Below are positions 35,049-45,388 of a stretch of DNA of 64,000 nucleotides, piece by piece. The translations under genes were made by a program, and so were the position numbers. Numbering within the stretch: position 1 is the stretch's first letter; each line of letters opens with the position of its first letter. The stretch comes from Candidatus Aminicenantes bacterium (GTDB lineage Bacteria; Acidobacteriota; Aminicenantia; Aminicenantales; JAFGBC01): positions 1,312,001-1,376,000 of the forward strand of contig OY969696.1 of assembly GCA_963702005.1 (NCBI GenBank), in the 5' to 3' direction. The notes below the pieces were generated by a model, which did no database searches, was not told the DNA's origin, and saw nothing but the letters and a program-made list of their open reading frames with translations.

Positions 35049-37451
35049 TTACTCCTCATCGAAATAATTAAAGCGGCGCTGTTTGTCCTTTTCGTTGACT
35101 CCGTTGGCATCCAGGACCCACATCCCGCGCCCATGGGTAGCGATGACGATCATGTTGTCGCGGGGATGAACGATGAGGTTGTGAACGTAGGTCGCGGGAA
35201 GGTTCGCGCCCAGCACCTGCCAGGTCTTGGCGCCGTCCGTCGTCACAAAGACCGCCAGGTCGGTCCCGACATACAAGATGTCCTTTTTAACCGGGTCCTC
35301 GCGGATGACGTTGACCGGGCCGATCGGGATCCCCTTGGAAATATCGATCCAGGTCTTCCCGAAGTCGGTCGACTTCCAGACGTAGGGCGTGAAGTCGTCG
35401 TCGCGCTTCCCGTTCTGGGTCAGGTAGACCGTGCCCATGTCATGCTCCGAGGCCACCAGCCGCGACACCCACTTCTGGACGGGAAGCCCGGCCGTGATCT
35501 CGGCCCAGGCCTTGCCGCCGTCCTTGCTGATCCAGACGCGGCCGTCGTCGGTTCCGGCGTAGATGAGGCCGTACTTGAGGGGCGACTCGGACAGCGCGAA
35601 CAGAGTGTGGTAGGGGATATCGCCCGCTTCCGCGGGCGTGAAGGCCGTGAGGTCGGGGCTGATCTTTTCCCAAGTGTCGCCCCTGTCCAGCGAGCGGAAC
35701 ACGTACTGCATGCCGTGGTAGACGATGGCGGGGTTGTGCGGGGAGAGGATGAAAGGGGCCAGCCACTGGCCGCGCAGACGAGGCTCGTTTTCGTAGGGCT
35801 GGGGGAGGAGGTCCTTGGAGTTCTGCCACCAGCTTCCGCCCTTGGAGTAGTCGGTCCGGCTGATCGTCCCGTAGAAGCCGGCCGAATAGACGAGATTGGG
35901 GTTGTCGGGATCGATGAAGTGGTTCGACCCTTCTCCGCCCGGCGCGTTCTCGAACTCCTGGGTCGGGACCTTGTCGCGGCCCCGGCTCAGGTCGACGGCG
36001 GCCCGGAAACTGCCGTGGTCCTGCATCGAGCCGTAGACCTTGAAGGGCGTCGCCATGTCATAGTTGAGGTTGAAGAACTGGCAGACGGGGAGGTTGTCCT
36101 GGAAATAGCGCCAGTTTTTGCCCTTGTCGTAGCTCACGGCGCAGCCCTGGTCGAACCCCTTAATCATGTAATTGGAGTTATCGGGGTCGATCCACAGGGC
36201 GTGGTGGTCGACGCCCGGGCCGGGCACGCGCTTGAAGGTTTTGCCGCCGTCGGTCGAGACGTTGAGCATCAGGCCCATCGTGTAGATCGTGTTCGCGTCG
36301 TTGGGATCGACGCGGACCTGGCCGAATACCCAGCCGTAGGTGTTGGAGTGACGCATCATGTACTGTTTCTGCTCGTCGGTCAGGCCGCTCGTTTGGGTCC
36401 AATGCTCGCCGGCGTCGTCGGAGCGGAAGACCGAGGCGCCCTTGATGAACCCGGCCGAGGGCAGGCCGTAGGAATCCCGCATCTCCTCTTCGGTCGCGTC
36501 GCGGCCCTTCTCATAATTGTCGACGAAGGCGTAGAGAATGTTGGGCTTGGTCCGGCACAGGTCGATCCCGGTCCGGCCCCGGAAGCGGGCTTCGGGAAGG
36601 CCGGTGTTGATAGGCTTCCAGGTCTTGCCGCCGTCGACCGTCTTATAGATCCCGCTCCCCGTGTAGTCGGGGAAGTTTCGCGGGTCGTTCCACTTCCTGC
36701 GGATGCGCTGCCAGGCCGAAGCGTAAAGGGTGTCGGGGTTCGTCGGGTCCATGACCAGGTCGATGATGCCCGTCTTCTCGTTGATATAGAGGACTTTGTC
36801 CCAGGTCTTCCCGCCGTCGGTCGTCTTGTAGACGCCGCGGTCGGGGTTGTCGGTCCATTCATGGCCCGAGGCCGCCACATAGACGACGTCGGGATTCGCC
36901 GGGTGGACGACGATCCGGGGGATCGTGTAGGTTCCGGCCAAGCCCATATGAGCCCAGGTCTTGCCGGCGTCCACGGATTTGTAGACGCCGATCCCGGCCT
37001 GCGATGAGCGGAAGATGTTGGCTTCGCCCGTCCCGATCCAGACGATGTCCGGGTTCGAGGGGGCGATCGCGATGTCGCCGATGGCCGTGGCCGGAGCCTG
37101 GTCGAAGACGGGCTCGAAGGTCGTGCCTTCGTTCGACGTCTTCCAGACGCCGCCCGAAGCGGCCGCGACGTACATCGTATAGTTGCGTCCCTTGGGAGCG
37201 ACGACCGCGACGTCCGTGACGCGGCCGCTGACGTTCTTGGGGCCCAGGTACTGCCACTTGAGGTCCTTGAACTTGGAGGTCTGCTTCATATCCAGGAACT
37301 GGGCGTATCCCTTGAGCCGGAGCTCGGGGTCGGTCGATTGGACGCGCTGGATTTTCTTGGCGGGTTGGGCGATCAGGATGAGGGCGGGGGCGAGGATGAG
37401 GAAAGCCAGGAGGGCGGCGCGAAACCGCGGCTTGCCGTGAAGGATGCTCAT
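35049..37451 (-). CDS. Secreted VPS10/BNR-repeat glycosyl hydrolase-like beta-propeller protein
   Basis: Many S/TxDxGxTW Asp-boxes, SGRVTD, ATHGRG; signal peptide. Confidence 0.88.
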   Translation of the reverse strand: MSILHGKPRFRAALLAFLILAPALILIAQPAKKIQRVQSTDPELRLKGYAQFLDMKQTSKFKDLKWQYLGPKNVSGRVTDVAVVAPKGRNYTMYVAAASGGVWKTSNEGTTFEPVFDQAPATAIGDIAIAPSNPDIVWIGTGEANIFRSSQAGIGVYKSVDAGKTWAHMGLAGTYTIPRIVVHPANPDVVYVAASGHEWTDNPDRGVYKTTDGGKTWDKVLYINEKTGIIDLVMDPTNPDTLYASAWQRIRRKWNDPRNFPDYTGSGIYKTVDGGKTWKPINTGLPEARFRGRTGIDLCRTKPNILYAFVDNYEKGRDATEEEMRDSYGLPSAGFIKGASVFRSDDAGEHWTQTSGLTDEQKQYMMRHSNTYGWVFGQVRVDPNDANTIYTMGLMLNVSTDGGKTFKRVPGPGVDHHALWIDPDNSNYMIKGFDQGCAVSYDKGKNWRYFQDNLPVCQFFNLNYDMATPFKVYGSMQDHGSFRAAVDLSRGRDKVPTQEFENAPGGEGSNHFIDPDNPNLVYSAGFYGTISRTDYSKGGSWWQNSKDLLPQPYENEPRLRGQWLAPFILSPHNPAIVYHGMQYVFRSLDRGDTWEKISPDLTAFTPAEAGDIPYHTLFALSESPLKYGLIYAGTDDGRVWISKDGGKAWAEITAGLPVQKWVSRLVASEHDMGTVYLTQNGKRDDDFTPYVWKSTDFGKTWIDISKGIPIGPVNVIREDPVKKDILYVGTDLAVFVTTDGAKTWQVLGANLPATYVHNLIVHPRDNMIVIATHGRGMWVLDANGVNEKDKQRRFNYFDEE

Positions 37452-37544
37452 TAAAAACCTCCTTCGAGACCGAGATTTGATATCACAAATATCAGACGAT
37501 TATTGTACTCGAAAATCCGCCGCGGCGAGAAATTTTTTAAATTG

Positions 37545-39219
37545 CTAGCCCTGTTTGGCGGGCGTCCGGGCGAGCACGAAGCGGCAGGGTTTCCCGGGAG
37601 GAGTCCCGGGCAAGGTCACGAAGATCAGCCCATCCTCCTCGGCGGCCTTAGCGAGTTCATCGTCGATGAGCGCGCGAACTTTCATTCCCGCGGCCGCGGG
37701 CGGCAGGCGCACTCCCAGCTTCTGCGGGCCTTCGCCTTCGTAAGTTCCCGACACGCGATCGGCATTCATCTCATAGGCCAGCTCCCGGCCGCGCCAGCGG
37801 AGCGTTTGGCCGAATCCCTCCTTCCAGAATTCGTCCGTGACGGTGGGCGCGAGGACGATCGAGCCGTCGAGTCGCATATCCACGCCGAGCAGGAAGCGCT
37901 GGACGATGCGGATCAGGTTGGCCGGATACTCACAGTAGGTGTTGGGTCCGGCCGCGACGACCCCTCCCTTGCCGTCGGGCTGGTATCTTTCGCGCCAATA
38001 GTAGCCGTTTACGCGGCCCGCCTCACTGACCTTCCGGATGCCGTCGAGAAGTCCTGCGGCGTCGCCCATCCTCGCTCGCGCCTGGGCATCCAGGTACCAG
38101 AACGCGCCCCATCGCGGCCAGGTCGTGCCGCCTGGGATGGCTGAATTCCCAATCCTCATAAGTCTCCGGCAGCGTCGCGATGCCCGTGGGCATCCCGCCG
38201 TAGTAGAAGCGCCGCTCCCCGATGAGCTTCGGCCAGAGGATATCACGCTGTTCGGGCGTCGCCGCCTCCAGGGCGATCGAGGCCCAGTCCACGTCGGTCA
38301 GACCGTGGCTCGAAATGAATCCCCGCTGGGGGTGAAAGTATTCGGCGAAATGCCCCTTGTCGGCGACCCAGAACCGGGTGACGAAAAATTGCCGGATCCG
38401 CCCGGCCAGCGTTTCGTATTGTTCGGCCTCACGGATGTCGCCCACCAGGCGGTTGAGGGCCGCCACGCGGCGGAAGGCGTCGAACGCATGGCACTGGGCC
38501 ACGCCGTCCGATTCGATCCGGGCCGGCATCTCGATGTAGTAACCCGCGCCCTTGACTCTGCCCTGATCATCGACGAGCGAAGCGAGATGGTCCGCCGCCC
38601 GGTTGACCGAAGGAAGCTGGGCCTCAAGCCATTCCCGGTCGAGCGTCGCCCGGAAAATATCGTCGGCGTTCTGGATGTAGGTCGGGTCGGCCAGCGCCTC
38701 CAAGGGATTGCCGGGGATCCAATGCCGGTACAACCCGCCGTTGGCCTCCACGGTAGCGAGATGATCCCCTTCGCCGGCCTGCTTGCTGGCCAGGTCCGGC
38801 AGGATGGCGATCGGCAGAGAGCCGTCCGGCCGTTGGAAGGAACGGACATAATCCCAGTTGGCCTTGACGACATCGACCCGGCCGAGCCGGAGGAGCGCGT
38901 CGCTCAGCTGATGGCCGTCGAGCGAAGGATAGGTGTAGCCGTAGCCGAACCCTTGGCCGTCAGCGCAGACCGACCAATAGCCGAAGAAGACCTTCGGGTT
39001 GACCGCCGCGAGGACATTTTGCGCGGCCGCCCGTTCGTAGGCCCGGACGATTCCGTCATCCGGAATACGGGGCAAGGGCGGTTCCCTTTGGGGGCCGCCG
39101 TCCAACGCCCCCGGCGCGCAGGCGATTGCGATGACGAGGACCGAACACACGCCCAACGTTTTTGCTTTTGGGGGGGCCTTGATCGCAGAGGGAAGAATTT
39201 CCGGGATCCCGTTCGTCAT
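37545..39219 (-). pseudogene. Frameshifted putative (alpha/alpha)6 glycoside hydrolase-like protein
   Basis: ORF 38023-39219 (..HDLAAMGRV) continues in another frame (WYLDAQARARMGD..) across one extra base near 38101; fold assignment is inference. Confidence 0.6.
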
Positions 39220-39361
39220 GGCTGTCTCCGCGGCCGCTAAGTCGCCTAACCGTTACAAGACTATTTCGCAATTCTCCGGAAGTCAAGGCAAGAAGCCGGG
39301 GGATCTTCCCGGAAAGGGACAAGGAGCGGAGGAGGGGCGGCCGGGCTCAGCGGTGAGGTTA

Positions 39362-39390
39362 TTGACTAAAATCTGCGACGGTTCTATCCT
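39362..39390 (+). promoter_or_regulatory. Putative sigma70 promoter
   Basis: TTGACT-17 bp-TATCCT. Confidence 0.55.
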
Positions 39391-39411
39391 TTGCTCGAAA
39401 ACAGGACGTTC

Positions 39412-39951
39412 ATGCTGATGATTCGGACCGAGCGCCTCGACCTTGTCGCCGCGTCCATCGATTATCTCGATGCCGAGCTCGAATCGCCCTTGCGGCTCGC
39501 GGCTCTACTTGGCGCGCGAGTTCCTGAAGGCTGGCCGCCCGGCGAATACGATCGGCCGGCCATCGAGTTCTTCCGCGCCCGTCTTGCCGAGAATCCCGAG
39601 GCGGTAGGATGGTACGGCTGGTATGCGGTCGAGCGCGGGGGCGAAGGCCGGCCGGCCACGTTATTGGGAGCGGGCGGCTATTATGGACCGCCGAGCGCCG
39701 ACGGAACAGTCGAGGTCGGCTATTCCATCCTGCCCGTCTTCCAGGGTCGGGGGTTCGCGACCGAACTCGTCCGTGCTCTGGTCGCAAGGGCTTTTTCGAC
39801 CACCGGCGTCGCGCGCGTCATCGCCCACACCTTTCCCGGGAATGCCGGTTCGGTCAAGGTCCTTGAGCGGTCCGGCTTCGTCCCGGTCGGCCCGGGCCGA
39901 GAACCGGGCACCGTGCAATACGCGTTGACTTTTTCGGCTAAGGTCCAATAA
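39412..39951 (+). CDS. GNAT acetyltransferase (RimJ/RimL type)
   Basis: IRTERL, EVGYSI...QGRGFATE, NAGSVKVLERSGF. Confidence 0.9.
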   Translation: MLMIRTERLDLVAASIDYLDAELESPLRLAALLGARVPEGWPPGEYDRPAIEFFRARLAENPEAVGWYGWYAVERGGEGRPATLLGAGGYYGPPSADGTVEVGYSILPVFQGRGFATELVRALVARAFSTTGVARVIAHTFPGNAGSVKVLERSGFVPVGPGREPGTVQYALTFSAKVQ

Positions 39952-40084
39952 ATCGTATTCGCCAACCGGACGCCGGGTTGATAAGTACACCATCTATCGC
40001 CCGGCCGAAACCGGCCAAGGCGCGTTGAGGATATCCCGGCCGAAAGCTGTTTCTTCGCCTCTCCGGCTATTCTCTTATGATCAT

Positions 40085-40309
40085 TTGACCCGTTCGCCGA
40101 CGATAAGCCCCGCCTTTCAACACTCACTCGCCGGAAGCGGCTCATGAGTGCACTTCGGGGCGGGGACGAGAAGCGACACTTTTGTACTCAGCCCCTTTAG
40201 AGGAGATGGGGCTGAGTGGGCTCAGGGCAGAAGCTCCACGGATGAAAGCCTGTGGAGCTTCTGCCCCGAACAAGCCCCGGCATTCATGCCGGGGAGTCCA
40301 TGGGTTGAC
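40085..40309 (-). mobile_element. Non-autonomous palindromic element, family A copy 2 (with internal hairpin insertions)
   Basis: Same ends as 16303; shares an identical 49-bp internal segment with the copy at 57991. Confidence 0.75.
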
Positions 40310-40361
40310 AACGTTTTTAGCCGTATACTATTCTTAAAGAGTTCATAAGGAGGGAATCATC

Positions 40362-40865
40362 ATGCGAAGCTTCTCTAAAATCCTTGGTCTTCTTGCGATC
40401 CCGATGGTTTTGCTGGCCGTCGCGCTCCCGGTCCGGGCCGATTGGTTCTTTGCCCATGGAAACGCGGCCACCGTCCAGGAGGATGGCGTGGCCAATTGCG
40501 TTTCGATCGCGCACCTGGGCTGGGGTTTGGACCTCAAGCTCAAGTACGGGAAGACGGCCTGGGTCCAATTCCCGATCCCTACGGTGGCTCTGGAAAACCG
40601 CTCCCTCAGCGCCATCCAGCTCGTCTTCGATATGGTGGAAAGCAATAGCGTCGTCATCGTCGAGGCCGATCTCTGGGATGGCGGCGTTTTCCTCAAAGCC
40701 ATCAAGGGCACTTGGACCGGCCGCTGGAAAGCCATTACGCTCAACCTCGATAAGAAAATTAAAATCTACCGGGGGCTTAATATATCCGTCCTGCTGAAGA
40801 ACGTAAGCAAAGCTAAGGACCTCAGGATCGTCCTCCAGAGTGTCGGCGCCCATATAACCAACTAG
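40362..40865 (+). CDS. Secreted hypothetical protein (DUF6623-like)
   Basis: Signal peptide; HGNA..GWG..WVQFPIPT..LWDG pattern; AAGGAGG RBS. Confidence 0.6.
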   Translation: MRSFSKILGLLAIPMVLLAVALPVRADWFFAHGNAATVQEDGVANCVSIAHLGWGLDLKLKYGKTAWVQFPIPTVALENRSLSAIQLVFDMVESNSVVIVEADLWDGGVFLKAIKGTWTGRWKAITLNLDKKIKIYRGLNISVLLKNVSKAKDLRIVLQSVGAHITN

Positions 40866-40912
40866 CCCATCCCGATTAAATCGGCCTGGCCCCGGCTTCG
40901 TCCGAACTCCCG

Positions 40913-40969
40913 GACCCCCAGGCCGCGCTTGTGCAGGAGCGGTTCGATCTTGGGCTCGGCCCCGCGGAA
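40913..40969 (-). pseudogene. Diverged copy of the 3' end of the M3 peptidase gene (48185-48241)
   Basis: FRGAEPKIEPLLHKRGL vs FRGAEPKIEPLLRKRGL; 51/57 nt identical by manual count. Confidence 0.85.
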
Positions 40970-40976
40970 GGCGCCC

Positions 40977-42080
40977 TGTACTCGTTCAGATACATAGGTG
41001 ACACTATGGGCTATGATAGGAATCGCCATGAAAGTGAAGCCCGCCACGAGTTATGGGTCGATAATACCCGGCTCGGAGTACATCCGATCCCTTATCCGCC
41101 AGGGGACAATCTCCCCTGAAGCCGCCAAGCGGCTGCGCTGGTTCGAGTATTACAGGCGGTGCGAAAATGCCCGTCGGACCTGCCGTTACTTCGGGATCTC
41201 ACCCCAGACGTTCTACCGCTGGCAGCACCGCTTCGATCCCTATGACCTGACGACCCTGGAGGCGGAGAGCCGGCGGCCCATCCATGTTCGGTCGCCCCTG
41301 ACCCCGGCGCCGGTCGTCGACCGGATCCTGGCGCTCAGGCAAAAGTATCCCCGCTGGGGGAAGGATAAGCTCGTCGTCCTGCTGAAACGGGATGGGCTTC
41401 AGGTCTCGACGTCGACGGTGGGCCGGGTCCTCAAGCGGCTTAAGGACCGAGGCGTACTGGTTGAGCCGCTCAACATCCGTCAAGCCCGGGAGGCTCGAAA
41501 ACGTCGGCGCAAGCCGCGGTATGCGATCCGTAAGCCTCAGGGGTATCGCGTCACCGCCCCGGGGGATCTTGTCCAGCTGGACACCCTCCAGATCAGGCTT
41601 CAGAGTGACGACCGTCGCTGGCAGTTCAGCAGTCGAGACCTGATCTCGCGCTGGGACGTCGCTCGATCCTATCGCCGGGCCACCAGCTTCACCGCCAGTC
41701 AGTTCTTGGAATACATGGAGCGCAAGTTCCCCTTCCCCGTTCGGGCGATCCAGATCGACGGCGGCTCGGAGTTTAAAAAGCACTTCGAGGAGGCCTGTCA
41801 GGCTCATGGGATCCGCTTGTTCGTAACCCCGCCTCGATCGCCGAAGCTCCAGGCCTATGTCGAGCGGTCGAACCGGACGCACCGGGAGGAGTTTTATGAG
41901 GTTGAAGATATCGCCCTCGGACTGGAGGATCATAACCGTCAGCTGGAAAAGTGGGAGGAGATCTATAACTATATCCGGCCTCACCAATCCCTTGATTACC
42001 TGACCCCGCATGAATACTATCAGAACTGGCTGAAAGCCTCTGCTCAGCCCCGCGCGTCACTAATGTAGTGGACGAGTTCA
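40977..42080 (+). mobile_element. IS481-family insertion sequence
   Basis: Imperfect terminal IRs TGTACTCGTTCAGATACATAGGTGAC / TGAACTCGTCCACTACATTAGTGAC (rc); flanks GCGCCC and GCGCTT. Confidence 0.8.
41028..42068 (+). CDS. IS481-family DDE transposase
   Basis: N-terminal HTH, PRWG, QLDT, IDGGSEF, VERSNRT, YN..RPHQSL. Confidence 0.9.
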   Translation: MKVKPATSYGSIIPGSEYIRSLIRQGTISPEAAKRLRWFEYYRRCENARRTCRYFGISPQTFYRWQHRFDPYDLTTLEAESRRPIHVRSPLTPAPVVDRILALRQKYPRWGKDKLVVLLKRDGLQVSTSTVGRVLKRLKDRGVLVEPLNIRQAREARKRRRKPRYAIRKPQGYRVTAPGDLVQLDTLQIRLQSDDRRWQFSSRDLISRWDVARSYRRATSFTASQFLEYMERKFPFPVRAIQIDGGSEFKKHFEEACQAHGIRLFVTPPRSPKLQAYVERSNRTHREEFYEVEDIALGLEDHNRQLEKWEEIYNYIRPHQSLDYLTPHEYYQNWLKASAQPRASLM

Positions 42081-42191
42081 GCGCTTGACAGAAATCCTGC
42101 CATGAACAATAATGAGGCACAACCGCCGAGGTCCCATGGTCAACAGACGTAAGCGGGAAGCCCATCCGAATTTTCCGCCGGGAGCTTCGCT

Positions 42192-42998
42192 ATGCAAAAA
42201 CAGATACCCTATTTTATTTTCTTAATGGGAGCCTGTCTCGTCCTATCGGGTCGCGCTCCGGCCCGCGCCCCCTTCCCTTGGCCCGAAGCCAAACGGGCGG
42301 CCGTCAGCCTGACCTTCGATGACGCGCGCCTCAGCCAGGTCGACAACGGCCTGCCGCTCCTCGACGGCTATAAGATCAAGGCGACTTTCTACGTCTCGCC
42401 CGACAATGTCAAGGAACGTCTCGAAGGATGGAGGCGGGCCGTCAAAGACGGGCATGAGATCGGGAACCATACCCTGACGCACCCCTGCACCGGGAACTAC
42501 GCCTTTTCCAGGGAGAACGCGCTCGAGGACCTGACGCTCGGTCGAATGGAGCGGGACATCGACGATGCCTCGTTGGTCATCGAGAAGCTGCTGGCCGTGA
42601 AGCCCGTAAGCTTCGCCTATCCGTGCTGCCAGACGTTTGTGGGGCGCGGCCAAGCCGTGAAGAGCTACGTCCCCCTGGTGGCCAAAAGGTTTCTCACCGG
42701 TCGTCTCGGGCTCAACGAAGCCGCCAACGATCCCGGGATCTGCGACCTCAGCCAGCTGCTCGCCCAGGGCAGCGACGGGGCGACCTTCGATGAGCTTAAG
42801 GTCCTCATTGACCAAGCCGTCGCGGAAGGACGTTGGCTGATTCTCGCCGGTCATGAGATCGGCGCTGGCGGCTACCAGACGACCTCGATCAAAACGCTGG
42901 ACGAGCTTTGCCGCTACGCGATCGACCCGGCCAACGGCCTCTGGATCGAGACCGTCGGCCGCATCGGACAATACGTCATCGATACGCGAAACAAATAG
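42192..42998 (+). CDS. Polysaccharide deacetylase (CE4/NodB), exported
   Basis: LTFDD, ATF, HEIGNHT..H, FAYP motifs. Confidence 0.87.
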   Translation: MQKQIPYFIFLMGACLVLSGRAPARAPFPWPEAKRAAVSLTFDDARLSQVDNGLPLLDGYKIKATFYVSPDNVKERLEGWRRAVKDGHEIGNHTLTHPCTGNYAFSRENALEDLTLGRMERDIDDASLVIEKLLAVKPVSFAYPCCQTFVGRGQAVKSYVPLVAKRFLTGRLGLNEAANDPGICDLSQLLAQGSDGATFDELKVLIDQAVAEGRWLILAGHEIGAGGYQTTSIKTLDELCRYAIDPANGLWIETVGRIGQYVIDTRNK

Positions 42999-43011
42999 GA
43001 ATCCGACGATC

Positions 43012-45363
43012 ATGAAAAAAGCCCTGGCCGTTTTCATCCTTCTCGTCATGTCTTTTTTTTGCGGTCATGCTTCCGTCCGGGAGGAAAAGGCGATAGCGGG
43101 AAAAGCGCTCTATCTGAATCCATCCCTGCCTCTGGAAAAGAGGGTCGAGGACCTGCTCGGCCGGATGACCCTGGAGGAAAAAGTCGGGCAGATGAACATG
43201 CCCTGCGTCTACGAGGCCGGCCTTGGAAACACCGCTCCGGAAAAGATGGCGGCCTGCAGGAAATTCGCGGAAGGGACCTACCTGAAGGGTTTCGGCCCGG
43301 GCGGCGGCTTTTTCACACTGCCCAACACGATCCTTCCCGAAGGCCCCCGGCGGCAGGCCGAATTCCTGAACGAGATCCAGCGGATCGCCGTCAATAAAAC
43401 GCGCCTGGGAATCCCCCTTCTGCTGACGGAGGAAGGCACCCACGGATTGATGTGTTCCGGAGCGACCATCTTTCCGGAAGGCCCGGCTCTGGGCAGCGCT
43501 TGGAATCCGGAGCTGATATCGAGAATCTACGCGGCGGCGGCCGAAGAAGCCCGTTCCATCGGCATCCATCAGATTTTCACGCTCGTTGTCGAACCCATCC
43601 GCGACCCCAGGCTGGGCCGGAACGAAGAAGCCTACAGCGAAGATCCTTACCTTTGCGCCCGGTACGCCGGGACGATCGTCCAGGCGGTTCAGGGCGGGAA
43701 TGTCGCGGCCCCGGACAAGTGCGTGGCCGGGCTCTGCCATTACCCCGGCCAGAGCCAGCCGGTGAGCGGACTGGAGCGCGGGGCGATGGAAATATCCGAA
43801 CGAACGCTGCGGGAAACCTTTCTTCCCCCCTGGGAGGCTGGGATCAAGAAGAACGGAGCCCTGGGCGTCATGGCGACCTACCCGGCCGTCGACGGCGTCC
43901 CCGTCCACGCTTCCGAAAGAATCCTCACCGGCATCCTGCGCGGGGAATTGGGCTTCCAGGGTCTCGTCCTGTCCGAAGGCGGGGGCATCGGGACCCTGGT
44001 CTACGAAGGGCTGGCGCCCGATCAAAAACGGGCCGGGCAGCTGGCCCTCAAGGCGGGAGTGGATGTGGGCATCTCCTTCGAGTCCGGCTACATGAAGGAC
44101 ATGATCGATTCCGTCCGCGAGGGACAAATCGAGATGGCTCTCATCGACAGGGCCGTCCGGAGGATCCTCCTCCAGAAAATGAGACTGGGGCTATTCGAGA
44201 ATCCGCTGGTGGACCCGGCCGGGGCGGTCAAGGTCGTTCACAATAGGGAACACGAGGACTTGGCTCTTCAGGCCGCGCGCGAAGGGATCGTCCTCCTTAA
44301 AAACGAACGGAGCCTTCTGCCGCTGCGAAAAGACCTTAAGGCCATTGCGGTCATCGGTCCGAACGCGGACGACCCCCTCAACCAGCTCGGAGACTACGTC
44401 GCTACGAGCGTGATCCAGGAGGTCACGACGGTCCTCGACGGCATCCGGGGGATCGTTTCGCCTCAGACGAAGGTTTCCTACATCAAGGGCTGCGGCGTCA
44501 CCGGGACGGCGGAGAACGAGATCGACAAGGCCCGGGAGGCGGCGGCTCAGGCCGACGCGGCGGTCATCGTCGTCGGCGAAAACGAATGGCAGAAGAATGA
44601 CAGGCAAGGGACAAGCGGCGAAGGCTACGACGCGGCCACCCTCGAACTGACCGGCCTCCAGGAGGATCTTATCGAAGCGGTCGCGGGGACGGGAACGCCG
44701 ACGGTCGTGGTCCTCATCAACGGCCGGCCTCTCGCGATCCGGTCGGCGGCCGCGCACGTTCCTGCCATCCTGGAGGCGTGGGTCTGCGGGGAAAAGGGCG
44801 GCCGGGCCGTTGCCGAAGTTTTATTCGGCGACTGCAACCCGTCCGGAAAGCTGCCGGTCACGATCCCCCGGCACGTTGGTCAGCTTCCGGTCTATTACAA
44901 CGCCAAGAAATCGAAGGCCTACTGGATCGAACAGGGCTGGGGAAAGCCCTATGTGGACATGGACCCGAGGCCTCTTTTCCCCTTCGGCCACGGCCTGAGC
45001 TATACCCGGTTTGAATACAGCAATCTCCGTACGAGCGCCCTAAAAATCGGCCCGGCGGGCACCGTGATCGTCAGCGCGGACATCAAGAACACGGGAAGCC
45101 GCGCCGGCGACGAGGTCGTTCAGCTCTATCTCCAGGATGTCATCAGCACGGTCGCGACGCCCGTCAAGGAGCTCAGGGGGTTTGCCCGAGTCCGGCTCGC
45201 GCCCGGACAGAAAACGACCGTCAAGTTCGAGCTCACCCCCGACGCTCTGGCGCTTCTCGACCAGGACCTGAAGCGGGTCGTCGAGCCCGGCGAGTTCAGG
45301 GTCTTTATCGGCAGTTCCTCCGAGGATATCCGTTTCAGGGGACATTTCTTCGTGACGGACTGA
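43012..45363 (+). CDS. GH3 beta-glycosidase, secreted
   Basis: MTLEEKVGQ, RLGIP, DPRLGRNEE, VLLKN, NPSGKLP, FGHGLSYT, Fn3-like tail. Confidence 0.92.
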   Translation: MKKALAVFILLVMSFFCGHASVREEKAIAGKALYLNPSLPLEKRVEDLLGRMTLEEKVGQMNMPCVYEAGLGNTAPEKMAACRKFAEGTYLKGFGPGGGFFTLPNTILPEGPRRQAEFLNEIQRIAVNKTRLGIPLLLTEEGTHGLMCSGATIFPEGPALGSAWNPELISRIYAAAAEEARSIGIHQIFTLVVEPIRDPRLGRNEEAYSEDPYLCARYAGTIVQAVQGGNVAAPDKCVAGLCHYPGQSQPVSGLERGAMEISERTLRETFLPPWEAGIKKNGALGVMATYPAVDGVPVHASERILTGILRGELGFQGLVLSEGGGIGTLVYEGLAPDQKRAGQLALKAGVDVGISFESGYMKDMIDSVREGQIEMALIDRAVRRILLQKMRLGLFENPLVDPAGAVKVVHNREHEDLALQAAREGIVLLKNERSLLPLRKDLKAIAVIGPNADDPLNQLGDYVATSVIQEVTTVLDGIRGIVSPQTKVSYIKGCGVTGTAENEIDKAREAAAQADAAVIVVGENEWQKNDRQGTSGEGYDAATLELTGLQEDLIEAVAGTGTPTVVVLINGRPLAIRSAAAHVPAILEAWVCGEKGGRAVAEVLFGDCNPSGKLPVTIPRHVGQLPVYYNAKKSKAYWIEQGWGKPYVDMDPRPLFPFGHGLSYTRFEYSNLRTSALKIGPAGTVIVSADIKNTGSRAGDEVVQLYLQDVISTVATPVKELRGFARVRLAPGQKTTVKFELTPDALALLDQDLKRVVEPGEFRVFIGSSSEDIRFRGHFFVTD

Positions 45364-45388
45364 TCGGCCGGAGGGAAGGGGCGATATC

